A stretch of 64,000 nucleotides of DNA from an uncultured SAR86 cluster bacterium (GCA_902558095.1 CACECP010000006.1:4850-68849), one strand, 5' to 3'. Shown: positions 8,273-16,762, counted from the first letter of the stretch. Translations and numbers: made by a program. The notes: generated by a model from the letters alone, not told the origin.

Positions 8273-9288
8273 TATCCTACCATGTTTACTTCATCTATTA
8301 GCAGTTCCTTTTTATCGATGTTATAACACTCGTTAAATCCATCATACATATATTGCTTCATTTTAGTTGGATTTATCCTAATCTTTTTTAATCTTTTATG
8401 GATATCATTTTCAATTATCTTTGCTTCTCTTCCAGTCGAAATATTGATTATTTTAATTCTTTTAACGATAGCCTTTTTATCAAGTCTATATGTTTTAATT
8501 CTTGTGTTAATATTTTTTGCATACCCCAATTTCAAATAAGAAAATTTATTGACTGTTATCTCTAATAAGTAAATCTTTGATGGTTTGTCTAAGCTTGTTT
8601 TTTCACAAGTATTGCAAATAAACCAACCTTCCTTCAAATGATCGATTCTAATTTCTTGATCATGACCGCATTCATTAAATTTAAATTTCCTATAAAGGTG
8701 ACTATCCAGAGTTTTTTTTGATGCTTTTCCTAAGTATTGAAGGTTATTCTTTTTTGCAATTTTTTTGATTTCATTTTCATGACATTGTTTGCAAGTTATT
8801 TCTTTATTTCTAACATGAATTAGCTGAAATTCATCAATATGTTTACACTTTATAAATTTATATCGCCTATATCGTCCTGATTTACCAGAACCAATTATTT
8901 TCAATCCTGCTTGTTTTGCTTCTCTTTCAAGTTTTTCTTTAAAACATATTTGGCATTTAAAATGTTTATTTTTAACTTCCTTCCATGCAATTTCTTTTAA
9001 ATGTCCACAAGATTTTATTTTGTAAGTGTTTTTACCCTCTTTCCCTTTTTTAACAAGTTCTAAACCTGCATCTTTGATTAACTCATTCTGTTTAATTTCA
9101 ATACATATTTCGCAAGGTATTTCTTTCCTTGTCCTGACCGCCTCTGGAAGCATAATTTTCTTATGGCCACATTCATTAAATTGATAAATCTTATATCTTT
9201 TCTTATTTGCATTTCCTAAGTAAGTTAAGTTCCTCTTTTGTGCTTCGTGCTCAAGCCTTATTAAAACCTTTCCTTTTTTTATATTCAT
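8272..9288 (-). CDS. GIY-YIG (T5orf172/MUG113-like) nuclease with four N-terminal tandem zinc-ribbon modules
   Basis: C-terminal ~100 aa: KIYLLEI..YLKLGYAKNINTRIKTY...AKIIENDIHKRL...DGFNECY (GIY, YIG, Arg, Glu and N/E elements in order). The N-terminus has 4 repeats of ~55 aa, each with C-x-H-x15-16-C-x2-C (CGH..CEIC, CGH..CQIC, CKH..CKQC, CGH..CNTC). Confidence 0.7.
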   Translation of the reverse strand: MNIKKGKVLIRLEHEAQKRNLTYLGNANKKRYKIYQFNECGHKKIMLPEAVRTRKEIPCEICIEIKQNELIKDAGLELVKKGKEGKNTYKIKSCGHLKEIAWKEVKNKHFKCQICFKEKLEREAKQAGLKIIGSGKSGRYRRYKFIKCKHIDEFQLIHVRNKEITCKQCHENEIKKIAKKNNLQYLGKASKKTLDSHLYRKFKFNECGHDQEIRIDHLKEGWFICNTCEKTSLDKPSKIYLLEITVNKFSYLKLGYAKNINTRIKTYRLDKKAIVKRIKIINISTGREAKIIENDIHKRLKKIRINPTKMKQYMYDGFNECYNIDKKELLIDEVNMVG

Positions 9289-9410
9289 AGTACGTTTTAT
9301 GTATATATCTAATTATAAAGATATTAGAGTAAATATATCCTGATATGAGTGTTCAGCGTTTGTTCAGCGGAATTTTTTCTTAGGAATATGCCTATTTTAT
9401 AAGCATTTGA
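8273..9410 (-). mobile_element. islet B: ~1.1 kb insert between att-like copies 1 and 2, carrying only the GIY-YIG gene
   Basis: Bounded by identical direct repeats of the tRNA-Leu 3' end. Holds a single ORF and no recombinase. Confidence 0.5.
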
Positions 9411-9433
9411 TGGTAGGGATGGAGGGAGTCGAA
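9411..9433 (-). repeat. att-like direct repeat: copy of the 3'-terminal 23 nt of tRNA-Leu(UAG)
   Basis: TGGTAGGGATGGAGGGAGTCGAA is identical to 10643..10665. The next base differs (T versus C). Confidence 0.85.
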
Positions 9434-10642
9434 TAGATTCACTCTCTCCTCATTAGCCATTATAAACAAGTGGCATCCTTAAAAAAACATTAAGTATCGC
9501 AATATATGACGCAATTTTTTCTTTTGATGTTTTCGTTATTGCATCTTCACTCATCGTCATTAAACCTTTGTTAGTTAATGATATGTTAATGTTTTCTTAA
9601 TTATTTGTTCTATATAAAGACCTTAATGCTGCTTCAGTTGAGCTTCCTTTGTATTTATTTGATGCTTTTAGCCTTGCTATATCCTTTTTCATCTGAAGTA
9701 TGCTTTCACGTTGCTTTGATTGAGCATATGCATCTAAAAACAAAAAGAATAAAGGCTCATCATCATCAATGTAGCTGTTTTGAGCAGTTGCTAACTTTTG
9801 TTCAAGAAATTTTATCTCGCGTTTTTGTTTTTCCAATTGAAGATCTCTATATGCCTCTTGTTGAACACAAGATGCTAAATCATCTTCATCTTTCCAACCA
9901 AATCCTTCACAACGAGATAATAATCCAGCAAGAACTATTTCTTTTTGCATTTTCTCTTTTTCTTGACGAGCTCTTTTAATCTGTTCTAATTCATTTTGAT
10001 TCCAAAGCTTTCTCATATAGTTAGTATCCCCTGTTCTAAGTGCAGTTTTAAAGTAGCTATCTTTTAAGTCTTCAAAGTCTTTATAATAAATTTCATCTTG
10101 ATATCTTGAAATCACACAATCTATCCCAGATTCCTGTCTTATTCCCCAATTGTTATATCTTTTTTCACAAATATCCTTTATAAATTTTCTTATCTCTAAA
10201 GACGCACCTGGAGCAGAAGCAGGCCCCATACTCCCATAAAAGACTTGTTCACCTGTATTTAAGTTTATAGCTTCAGCTCTCCATTGAGCTTTCATATCCT
10301 CATAGTTGGTCCAAACTTTAGTTGTTCTATGGGTTTCAAGGTTTGCTGATTTCTCAGTATAAAATATTGAAAGACTTTCACCTGAATTTGAAGTAGCGCA
10401 TCCACTTATTAAGATAAATAATGATAAAAATATGAATCTTTTATACATTTAAATATTTTGCCACAAAAAAATCTAATTTTTTATTCGGATGGTGAGTTTC
10501 GTACCCCCTCTCCTTTTTTGTAATGTAAACATTATTATGCGAAGTATCGCAGAAAGTGTCGCAAATGATGTGTGATTATTGTTTTGATAACGTTTTCAAC
10601 GTTTTGCAAACGTTTGATGTTAACGAGTTTATCGTTGTTTCA
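9434..10642 (-). mobile_element. islet A: ~1.2 kb insert between the intact tRNA-Leu and att-like copy 2, carrying only a lipoprotein gene
   Basis: Bounded by the tRNA 3' end and its 23-nt copy. Related 23-nt motifs sit near both ends (10542..10564 and 9492..9514). No recombinase. Confidence 0.5.
9597..10448 (-). CDS. orphan lipoprotein with coiled-coil C-terminal half
   Basis: Lipobox LISGC at residues 13-17. Central and C-terminal heptad-like charged region (EQIKRARQEKEKMQKE, LQLEKQKREIKFLEQKL). No recognisable catalytic motif. Confidence 0.65.
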   Translation of the reverse strand: MYKRFIFLSLFILISGCATSNSGESLSIFYTEKSANLETHRTTKVWTNYEDMKAQWRAEAINLNTGEQVFYGSMGPASAPGASLEIRKFIKDICEKRYNNWGIRQESGIDCVISRYQDEIYYKDFEDLKDSYFKTALRTGDTNYMRKLWNQNELEQIKRARQEKEKMQKEIVLAGLLSRCEGFGWKDEDDLASCVQQEAYRDLQLEKQKREIKFLEQKLATAQNSYIDDDEPLFFLFLDAYAQSKQRESILQMKKDIARLKASNKYKGSSTEAALRSLYRTNN

Positions 10643-10727
10643 TGGTAGGGATGGAGGGAGTCGAACCCCCACGCCTTGCGGCACTTGGTTCTAAGCCAAG
10701 CGTGTCTACCAGTTCCACCACATCCCC
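10643..10727 (-). tRNA. tRNA-Leu (anticodon UAG), 85 nt with long variable arm and encoded CCA
   Basis: Hand fold of the reverse complement GGGGATGTGGTGGAACTGGTAGACACGCTTGGCTTAGAACCAAGTGCCGCAAGGCGTGGGGGTTCGACTCCCTCCATCCCTACCA. Acceptor is 7 bp (G1-U72 wobble). Anticodon stem CTTGG/CCAAG with loop CTTAGAA. T-loop TTCGACT. Confidence 0.9.
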
Positions 10728-10772
10728 AGGCATATGCATTATATAGAGTTCTATTGTTTTGTGGAGTGTTTT

Positions 10773-11171
10773 TTATAGATCGTAATTAAGTAAATTTTTT
10801 CTCTGTTTATGAACAATAATTAAACCAATTAAAACTAATAATCCTAAACCAGCCGCAATATAGTCATGTGTTTTAAAGCTTCCATATAGCAGTCCGCACA
10901 TTTTTCCAATTAACATAAATGCACATAGATAAATTAAAACTGTGCCAAGCTGGACTTTGGATGATGAAAAAATAAATCTTACTAAGATATAACCTGATGC
11001 TACAAAAACACCTGACATGGTTCTTATGAAATTTGCTAACGAGGTATTATTTTCTACTCCTTCGAATGCAGGATACCAAGGTACAAAATTAGGACCAGCC
11101 ATTGTCCATAAACCCATAGCCATTGAAAAAAGACCAATGATTAGCAAATAAGCCTTAAAAATTATACTCAT
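10773..11171 (-). CDS. small 4-TM membrane protein (DUF4345-like)
   Basis: 132 aa, four hydrophobic helices. Paralogue-like to the truncated gene at 1..377. Confidence 0.6.
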   Translation of the reverse strand: MSIIFKAYLLIIGLFSMAMGLWTMAGPNFVPWYPAFEGVENNTSLANFIRTMSGVFVASGYILVRFIFSSSKVQLGTVLIYLCAFMLIGKMCGLLYGSFKTHDYIAAGLGLLVLIGLIIVHKQRKNLLNYDL

Positions 11172-11392
11172 AGAACACCTAGTATATATAACAATAATAC
11201 AATGAAAAAGCTAAAGAATAGTGCTCCGACGCTCATCCAAATATACATTTCTTTATAGTTGTTAAATTTATATGAATTTATTGCAAGAAAACAACAAAGG
11301 ATTGGTGCGACGACGATGATTCCAAACACAAAAAGAACAGCCAAAGGAATAAGTGCTAACAACAAAAAAACCTGTAAAACGAACCTATTCAT
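11168..11392 (-). CDS. small 2-TM membrane protein
   Basis: 74 aa, two long hydrophobic helices. 4-nt overlap with the downstream gene suggests translational coupling. Confidence 0.5.
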   Translation of the reverse strand: MNRFVLQVFLLLALIPLAVLFVFGIIVVAPILCCFLAINSYKFNNYKEMYIWMSVGALFFSFFIVLLLYILGVL

Positions 11393-11423
11393 AAGCTTAT
11401 AAAACTATTATTTTTAGGAATTG

Positions 11424-12083
11424 TCAATTTTGAATGGCTGAACCTTGACTTGATATAGATTTTATTTTTGATATATCAGTTTGAATTTCTAGAATTGCTT
11501 GATTGATCTGATTTTTATAATTATTTAATGCTTGAACTGAGTCTTCTAATAAGATCAATTGAGTATTAGCATTATTTAAGTTTAATTGAATAGATACTAT
11601 TTCATCTTTTGTTAATTTCAATTCATCTAATTGCGTTATATTACTATCAACGGTTTCTTTAATTTGATTAATATTGTCTTTACTTTTCTTAATATCTTTT
11701 TCTAAAGTTAAAAGTAGTTTTTCTATTTCAGAATTTTGCTTAGTTAGTTTTTGAATATTAACTTTGTTTCTTTTATTGCTAAGATCCCAAAGTTTTCTCA
11801 CTTCTTTATCAAGGAATTGAATTGATGAAGATATATCAGTAATTGAATCATTATTTGTTTCATCTGCAAGGTTAATTTGTTCTTCGATTAAGGAAAGCCT
11901 TTCATCAATTAAAGCATTAGTAGTTTTATTAGACTCTGATTCAAAAGTCTGCCAAATAGCAAGAAGCAAAATACTCATAAAGGCAATAACATATATAAAA
12001 CCAATCAAAAGGCCCCCTCGATTTGATTTTTTTAGGTATGAAGGCGATCTTTTTTCTATTTTTAAATTACGGTCCATAAGCAA
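11424..12083 (-). CDS. membrane-anchored coiled-coil protein
   Basis: One TM (LLIGFIYVIAFMSILLLAIW), then ~170 aa rich in heptad-like I/L/N/Q/K/E repeats. Confidence 0.55.
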   Translation of the reverse strand: MLMDRNLKIEKRSPSYLKKSNRGGLLIGFIYVIAFMSILLLAIWQTFESESNKTTNALIDERLSLIEEQINLADETNNDSITDISSSIQFLDKEVRKLWDLSNKRNKVNIQKLTKQNSEIEKLLLTLEKDIKKSKDNINQIKETVDSNITQLDELKLTKDEIVSIQLNLNNANTQLILLEDSVQALNNYKNQINQAILEIQTDISKIKSISSQGSAIQN

Positions 12084-12150
12084 TTAAAATTAAATAGCAT
12101 TTAGCATATAATAAACACTTATTTTATCTTAACAATACAATATAGTTATT

Positions 12151-13263
12151 ATGAATTTAGATTTTTCAGACGATCAAAAATTTTTACAAGAAGAAGCTAG
12201 AAAGTTTCTTGAAAAGGAACAGGCGCTTAATAGAAATAGGTCTGTTTTAGAAACAGATAATAAATTTGATGAAGATTTATGGGAAAAGATAGTTGAACTA
12301 GGTTGGACTGGTATAAGAATTCCTGAAGACTATGGTGGTCTTGGTCTTGGTCATTTAGAGCTTTGCGTTATTGCTGAAGAACTAGGAAGGTTTCTAGCGC
12401 CTGTTCCCTACTCCTCATCAGTTTATCTTTTCACTGAAGCAATCATCAATTACGGAACTGATGAGATAAAGAAAGATATTCTTCCAAAGCTTGTGAGCGG
12501 AGAAATTGTAGGAACCCTAGGAGTTACAGAAGAACTCCATGCTCCGACAAAAGATAATATCAATTTAGTTTATGCCGATGGTAAAATTAATGGTAAAAAA
12601 ATTGCTGTTCCTGATGCCGGGGTAGCAACTCATGCTATCGTAGTGGCAAAATCAGATAAAGGTATTAGCCTACAGTTAGTAGACCTATCTACAACAGGAG
12701 TAACTGTCGAACATCAGGAAAATATTGATGAAAGCAGAGGTCACTTCTCAATCTCTTTTAATGATGTTGAGACTAAATTGTTAGGTGATAAAGTTTCAGG
12801 CTGGGAGCTATACGAAACTTTGATTAATCAGGCTGCTGTTTTATTTAGTTATGAGCAGATTGGAGGATCTCAAGCATCTCTTGATATGGCAATTAATTAT
12901 GCTAAAGAAAGGTATGCTTTTGGAAGACCTATTGGATCTTATCAAGCAATAAAGCATAAATTAGCGGATATGTATATTGCCTTAACATTGGCCAAGTCTA
13001 ATTGTTATTATGCGGCATGGGCTCTCTCAACAAATGCAGCTGACTTACCATCAGCATCTGCGACCGCAAGAGTAAGTGCGACTAAAGCATTTCAATTATG
13101 CTCAAAGGAAAATATACAAACTCATGGGGGTAATGGATTTACGTGGGAATATGACTGTCATATGTTTTACAGGCGCTCAAAATTATTATCTTTGAATATA
13201 GGGTCTCTTAGTAATTGGAGAGAAAAATTAGTTACAAGTTTAGAACAATCAAACATTAATTAG
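12151..13263 (+). CDS. acyl-CoA dehydrogenase family protein (shorter partner of a pair)
   Basis: ACAD-like N-terminus (DFSDDQKFLQEEARKFL), middle domain, and C-terminal HGGNGFTWEYDCHMFYRR. I do not see the usual GGTxEI catalytic-base segment. Confidence 0.8.
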   Translation: MNLDFSDDQKFLQEEARKFLEKEQALNRNRSVLETDNKFDEDLWEKIVELGWTGIRIPEDYGGLGLGHLELCVIAEELGRFLAPVPYSSSVYLFTEAIINYGTDEIKKDILPKLVSGEIVGTLGVTEELHAPTKDNINLVYADGKINGKKIAVPDAGVATHAIVVAKSDKGISLQLVDLSTTGVTVEHQENIDESRGHFSISFNDVETKLLGDKVSGWELYETLINQAAVLFSYEQIGGSQASLDMAINYAKERYAFGRPIGSYQAIKHKLADMYIALTLAKSNCYYAAWALSTNAADLPSASATARVSATKAFQLCSKENIQTHGGNGFTWEYDCHMFYRRSKLLSLNIGSLSNWREKLVTSLEQSNIN

Positions 13264-13271
13264 GAAGAAAT

Positions 13272-14495
13272 ATGGATTTTAATGACACACACGAAGAAGC
13301 AAAATTTAGAAAGAAATGTAGAGAATGGCTTGAAAAAAATGCTACTTATAAAGATGATTTAACTCCACAAAATGATGATTTTGCAAATGCTGATAAGATT
13401 CAGACTGCTAAAGCATGGCAAAAGAAAAAATATGATGCTGGTTGGGCAATGCTTCACTGGCCAAAAGAATATGGTGGTATTGGTGCCAGTTCCATGGAGA
13501 GAATAATTTGGGCAAATGAAGAAGCCAAGTTTGATGTTCCGAGAGGTATTTTTGAAATTGGTTTAGGAATGTGTGGTCCGGTTATGATGCAATATGCAAC
13601 TGAAGAACAAAAAGAAAGATACTTACCTCCAATGGCTGAAGGTAAAGAAATATGGTGTCAACTTTTTTCAGAGCCATCTGCTGGATCTGATGTGGCTGGA
13701 TTAAGAAGTAAGGCCATTCAAGATGGAGATAAATGGATTATCAATGGTCAAAAAGTATGGACATCAGGTGCTCACTTTTCTGATTTTGGTATCTTGGTTG
13801 TAAGACATGATCCTAATCTTGAAAAGCACAAGGGAATGACATTTTTCTTTGTTGATATGAAATCGCCTGGAATTGAAGTAAAACCAATAAAACAGATTAC
13901 TGGAGGATCAAGCTTTAATGAAGTTTATTTTACAGACGTTGAAATTCCAGATTCACAAAGATTAGGAGAAATTGGTGATGGTTGGAAAGTTGCAATAACT
14001 ACTCTAATGAATGAAAGATTAGCTGTCGGTGATGCTGGAGGTGCTGATGTCGAGGATGCTTTTAGATGGGCAAAAACTCAAGATAGTCTTGGAGAACCAC
14101 TGCTTAACAATAAAGCAGCAAGGGAATCAATTGCAGACTGGTATTGCGAAAAAAGTGGTTTGAAAAATACTAAACTGAGAACAATGTCTGCATTATCTAG
14201 GGGTGATACACCAGGGCCAGAGGCCTCAATAACCAAAATTGTAAGTGCTGGAAAACTTCAAGACATTGGTAATTTTGGGATTGACTCACTTGATATGGCA
14301 GGAATGTTAAAAACAGATAATCATGACATAAAAGGATTTCAAAATGCATGGTTGGGTGCGCCGGGTATGAGAATTGCAGGCGGCACTGATGAAATATTGA
14401 GAAATATAATTGCAGAAAGAGTTTTAGGGCTGCCACAAGACCCAAGAGCAGACAAAGGTGTTGCTTTTAAGGATATACCATCTGGTAACTCCTAG
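13272..14495 (+). CDS. acyl-CoA dehydrogenase
   Basis: FSEPSAGSD, WTSGAH and C-terminal IAGGTDEILRNIIAERVLGLP motifs typical of ACADs. Lies 8 nt after the previous ACAD. Confidence 0.85.
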   Translation: MDFNDTHEEAKFRKKCREWLEKNATYKDDLTPQNDDFANADKIQTAKAWQKKKYDAGWAMLHWPKEYGGIGASSMERIIWANEEAKFDVPRGIFEIGLGMCGPVMMQYATEEQKERYLPPMAEGKEIWCQLFSEPSAGSDVAGLRSKAIQDGDKWIINGQKVWTSGAHFSDFGILVVRHDPNLEKHKGMTFFFVDMKSPGIEVKPIKQITGGSSFNEVYFTDVEIPDSQRLGEIGDGWKVAITTLMNERLAVGDAGGADVEDAFRWAKTQDSLGEPLLNNKAARESIADWYCEKSGLKNTKLRTMSALSRGDTPGPEASITKIVSAGKLQDIGNFGIDSLDMAGMLKTDNHDIKGFQNAWLGAPGMRIAGGTDEILRNIIAERVLGLPQDPRADKGVAFKDIPSGNS

Positions 14496-14497
14496 AA

Positions 14498-16219
14498 CTA
14501 TCTAAATTTTGAGAGAAATATTAAAAATTCTGAAGAACTACCCTCTACAATTAAATCGCCAGAGGCAATTTGAGCTACAGGACTAGATAATCCTGTAAGA
14601 GTCTTTTTAAATTCAATTTCTTCTGAAATTATCTTCAAATCACAATTTCCATCAATATTGTTGGATATAACTGCTACTTTATTTCTAATTGTTATATTTT
14701 TTTGTATGCCAGATGAAAAAGAAAAGCAAACTTTATAATTATTATCAAATTCTTCTTCAGGGTTAAATCTAGTTGAAAGGACATCAAATAAAGTATCGAT
14801 AGATATATGATGCAACAAATCTTCTGAAGTCCTATCAAGTAATGATATATCTTCAACAATACCATTTAATTCAAAAGCAGATGTTAAAAAATAATTTCTT
14901 TTATTGGGGTTTGAAGATCTTGAACCTTCATAAATTAAAGCTTCTATTCTTAATTCTTTTACCTCATCAGTAAATAAATCAAGAGAAATCAAATAGTCAC
15001 TTAATTCTAATGCCCACTGCATATCTTTTTCTTTGACAGCGAAACGCAATTTTTCTAAGAGCATGTCATTGCCACCAGCAAGATCAGAAATTCTTAATGC
15101 TTTCTCTCTTCTTGATAGAGGGTCAAGTTCTGATGGATTGCCGCTAAACCATCCAAGATATCCATTGAAAATGCTTTTAACAGACCATCTAACTGTTCCA
15201 TAAAATTCATATAAATAAGGAGATTCAGCAATTTCTTTTGGTAGTTTTACAATATCTGCTATTTCATCAGGATATAAACCTTGATTCATTAATCTAATAG
15301 TTTGATCGTGAATATATTGAATGGCATCTCTATAAATATTTAAAGCATCCTGAATTGTTTCTTTTCCTATTATGGGCTTAGTATGACTTGGAAAGAGGTA
15401 TTCTGGTTCAAATGTCTTCATGTGATCAATGCTATCAATCCAGCCTTTTACATCCCTGTGCGTGGTACCTCTTATTGTGTACAAATTAGGAAAGGTCTTG
15501 TAGATATTATCTCCAGGCATTAGTGCCTTGTGCTTTGGCAGCCATACAAAAATTTGATCATTTGTTTCACCAGGTGCATGATATAGCTCCAATTCAATGC
15601 CTTCTATGTTTAGTTTGAGAATATCACTAAATGTCGTGTCAGGTCTCACATATCCAGTTGGAGACTTAGAAACGCTTAAATTTGGTCCAATTCCTACATT
15701 TATAACATCTTTCTCTGGTAAAGATGTTCCAAACATCCTGGTACTTCTTGAAGTGATTATTGGATTTAGAATTCCCATGATTCTTTGCACATAATAGTCT
15801 GTATCTTCGTGAGCAATAATTTGCGGTTTTTCGTTTTGAGATTTTACATAATAAGCAGCGCCAAAAGTATGATCACCATGATTGTGCGTATATATAATTG
15901 CTTTTATAGGATTATTATTTTTTTCACTAAATAGACTATAAATTTGCTCAGCCTCATAAACACTGTCAGCAGCATCAATTATAATATTGCCATTCTCACC
16001 CTCAACCATAATTGAATTAGCAATACCAAATCCAATTGCAAAGTGAATCTTTCCACCAGGAGTGTCATATGACAGAACTGTTTTTTCGAATTCTTTAGAG
16101 TGCTCTATTAAAGTTTCAACTTCAGATGTTGACGGAATATTGATATTAAAATCATTATCAGTTTCAGCACATGAATACAGAAATAATAGTGAAAAGGATA
16201 TTATTAAAAATTTATTCAA
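14498..16219 (-). CDS. alkyl/aryl-sulfatase (MBL-fold, SdsA1-like) lipoprotein with SCP2-like C-terminus
   Basis: Lipobox LFLYSC. Metallo-beta-lactamase motif YTHNHGDHTFG. ~570 aa three-domain layout. The C-terminal ~100 aa resembles an SCP2 sterol-carrier fold. Confidence 0.75.
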   Translation of the reverse strand: MNKFLIISFSLLFLYSCAETDNDFNINIPSTSEVETLIEHSKEFEKTVLSYDTPGGKIHFAIGFGIANSIMVEGENGNIIIDAADSVYEAEQIYSLFSEKNNNPIKAIIYTHNHGDHTFGAAYYVKSQNEKPQIIAHEDTDYYVQRIMGILNPIITSRSTRMFGTSLPEKDVINVGIGPNLSVSKSPTGYVRPDTTFSDILKLNIEGIELELYHAPGETNDQIFVWLPKHKALMPGDNIYKTFPNLYTIRGTTHRDVKGWIDSIDHMKTFEPEYLFPSHTKPIIGKETIQDALNIYRDAIQYIHDQTIRLMNQGLYPDEIADIVKLPKEIAESPYLYEFYGTVRWSVKSIFNGYLGWFSGNPSELDPLSRREKALRISDLAGGNDMLLEKLRFAVKEKDMQWALELSDYLISLDLFTDEVKELRIEALIYEGSRSSNPNKRNYFLTSAFELNGIVEDISLLDRTSEDLLHHISIDTLFDVLSTRFNPEEEFDNNYKVCFSFSSGIQKNITIRNKVAVISNNIDGNCDLKIISEEIEFKKTLTGLSSPVAQIASGDLIVEGSSSEFLIFLSKFR

Positions 16220-16228
16220 GGTGATAAA

Positions 16229-16741
16229 TTATAGAAAACTTGCCATTATTTCTTCTACAAGAATGTTTGAAGCCTCATCATATGATATAGATCTACTCGA
16301 TCCATCACGCCAAACAGTAACTACAGTCCATAGTGTCTTGTCTTCCTCAGAATTCCTTAAATTAATCCTAAGGATATTTTCTGTAACTGTATATAAATCA
16401 TCTTTGAAAGAATAATAATCCCAATAATATCTTGAGTAATAATGATTTATACGATTAGACTCAACTTTGTCTTTGGTTGTGAAGTTAATATCAAAAACTA
16501 AATTAGATTGTTTATTGAACTTGATGCCTCTATTTTCAATGGCATTTTTTAAGTTTTCTTTAAACTGTTCGAGTACAATTGGATTTATTTCTGGGCTTAT
16601 ATTGGAGTTATTTATCTTTATATTAAAATCGTTATAATTATCTAAGTTGAATGTTGTAACTGAGTCAATTTGAATATTTGACTTTGTTGTTTCACATCCA
16701 ATTAATATTATCAAGCTTAGTAGAACTGTTATTTTTTTCAT
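16229..16741 (-). CDS. lipoprotein (DUF4136-like)
   Basis: Lipobox LILIGC, 170 aa. The family assignment is from general resemblance only. Confidence 0.5.
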   Translation of the reverse strand: MKKITVLLSLIILIGCETTKSNIQIDSVTTFNLDNYNDFNIKINNSNISPEINPIVLEQFKENLKNAIENRGIKFNKQSNLVFDINFTTKDKVESNRINHYYSRYYWDYYSFKDDLYTVTENILRINLRNSEEDKTLWTVVTVWRDGSSRSISYDEASNILVEEIMASFL

Positions 16742-16762
16742 ATTTTGTTTTAGTTATATTTT

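Noticed and set aside
9453-9560. 35-aa minus-strand ORF (MTMSEDAITKTSKEKIASYIAILNVFLRMPLVYNG) inside islet A, considered as a possible excisionase or small regulator
   Set aside because: The Shine-Dalgarno is weak. The homologous DNA segment near the tRNA (10542-10620) has the matching frame closed by a stop and no ATG, so the conservation is at the DNA level rather than the protein level.
10487-10512. TGGTGAGTTTCGTACCCCCTCTCC, considered as a fourth, degenerate copy of the tRNA 3' end
   Set aside because: Only a loose GGGGGT.CGA..CTC resemblance requiring indels. It cannot be distinguished from chance without an alignment statistic.
10728-10772. Promoter for tRNA-Leu (TATAAT at 10743->10738 on the minus strand, ~10 nt before the tRNA 5' end)
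   Set aside because: The -10 hexamer is perfect, but I find no acceptable -35, and such hexamers are frequent in AT-rich DNA. The tRNA may instead be co-transcribed with the upstream membrane-protein genes. This is too weak to list as a feature.
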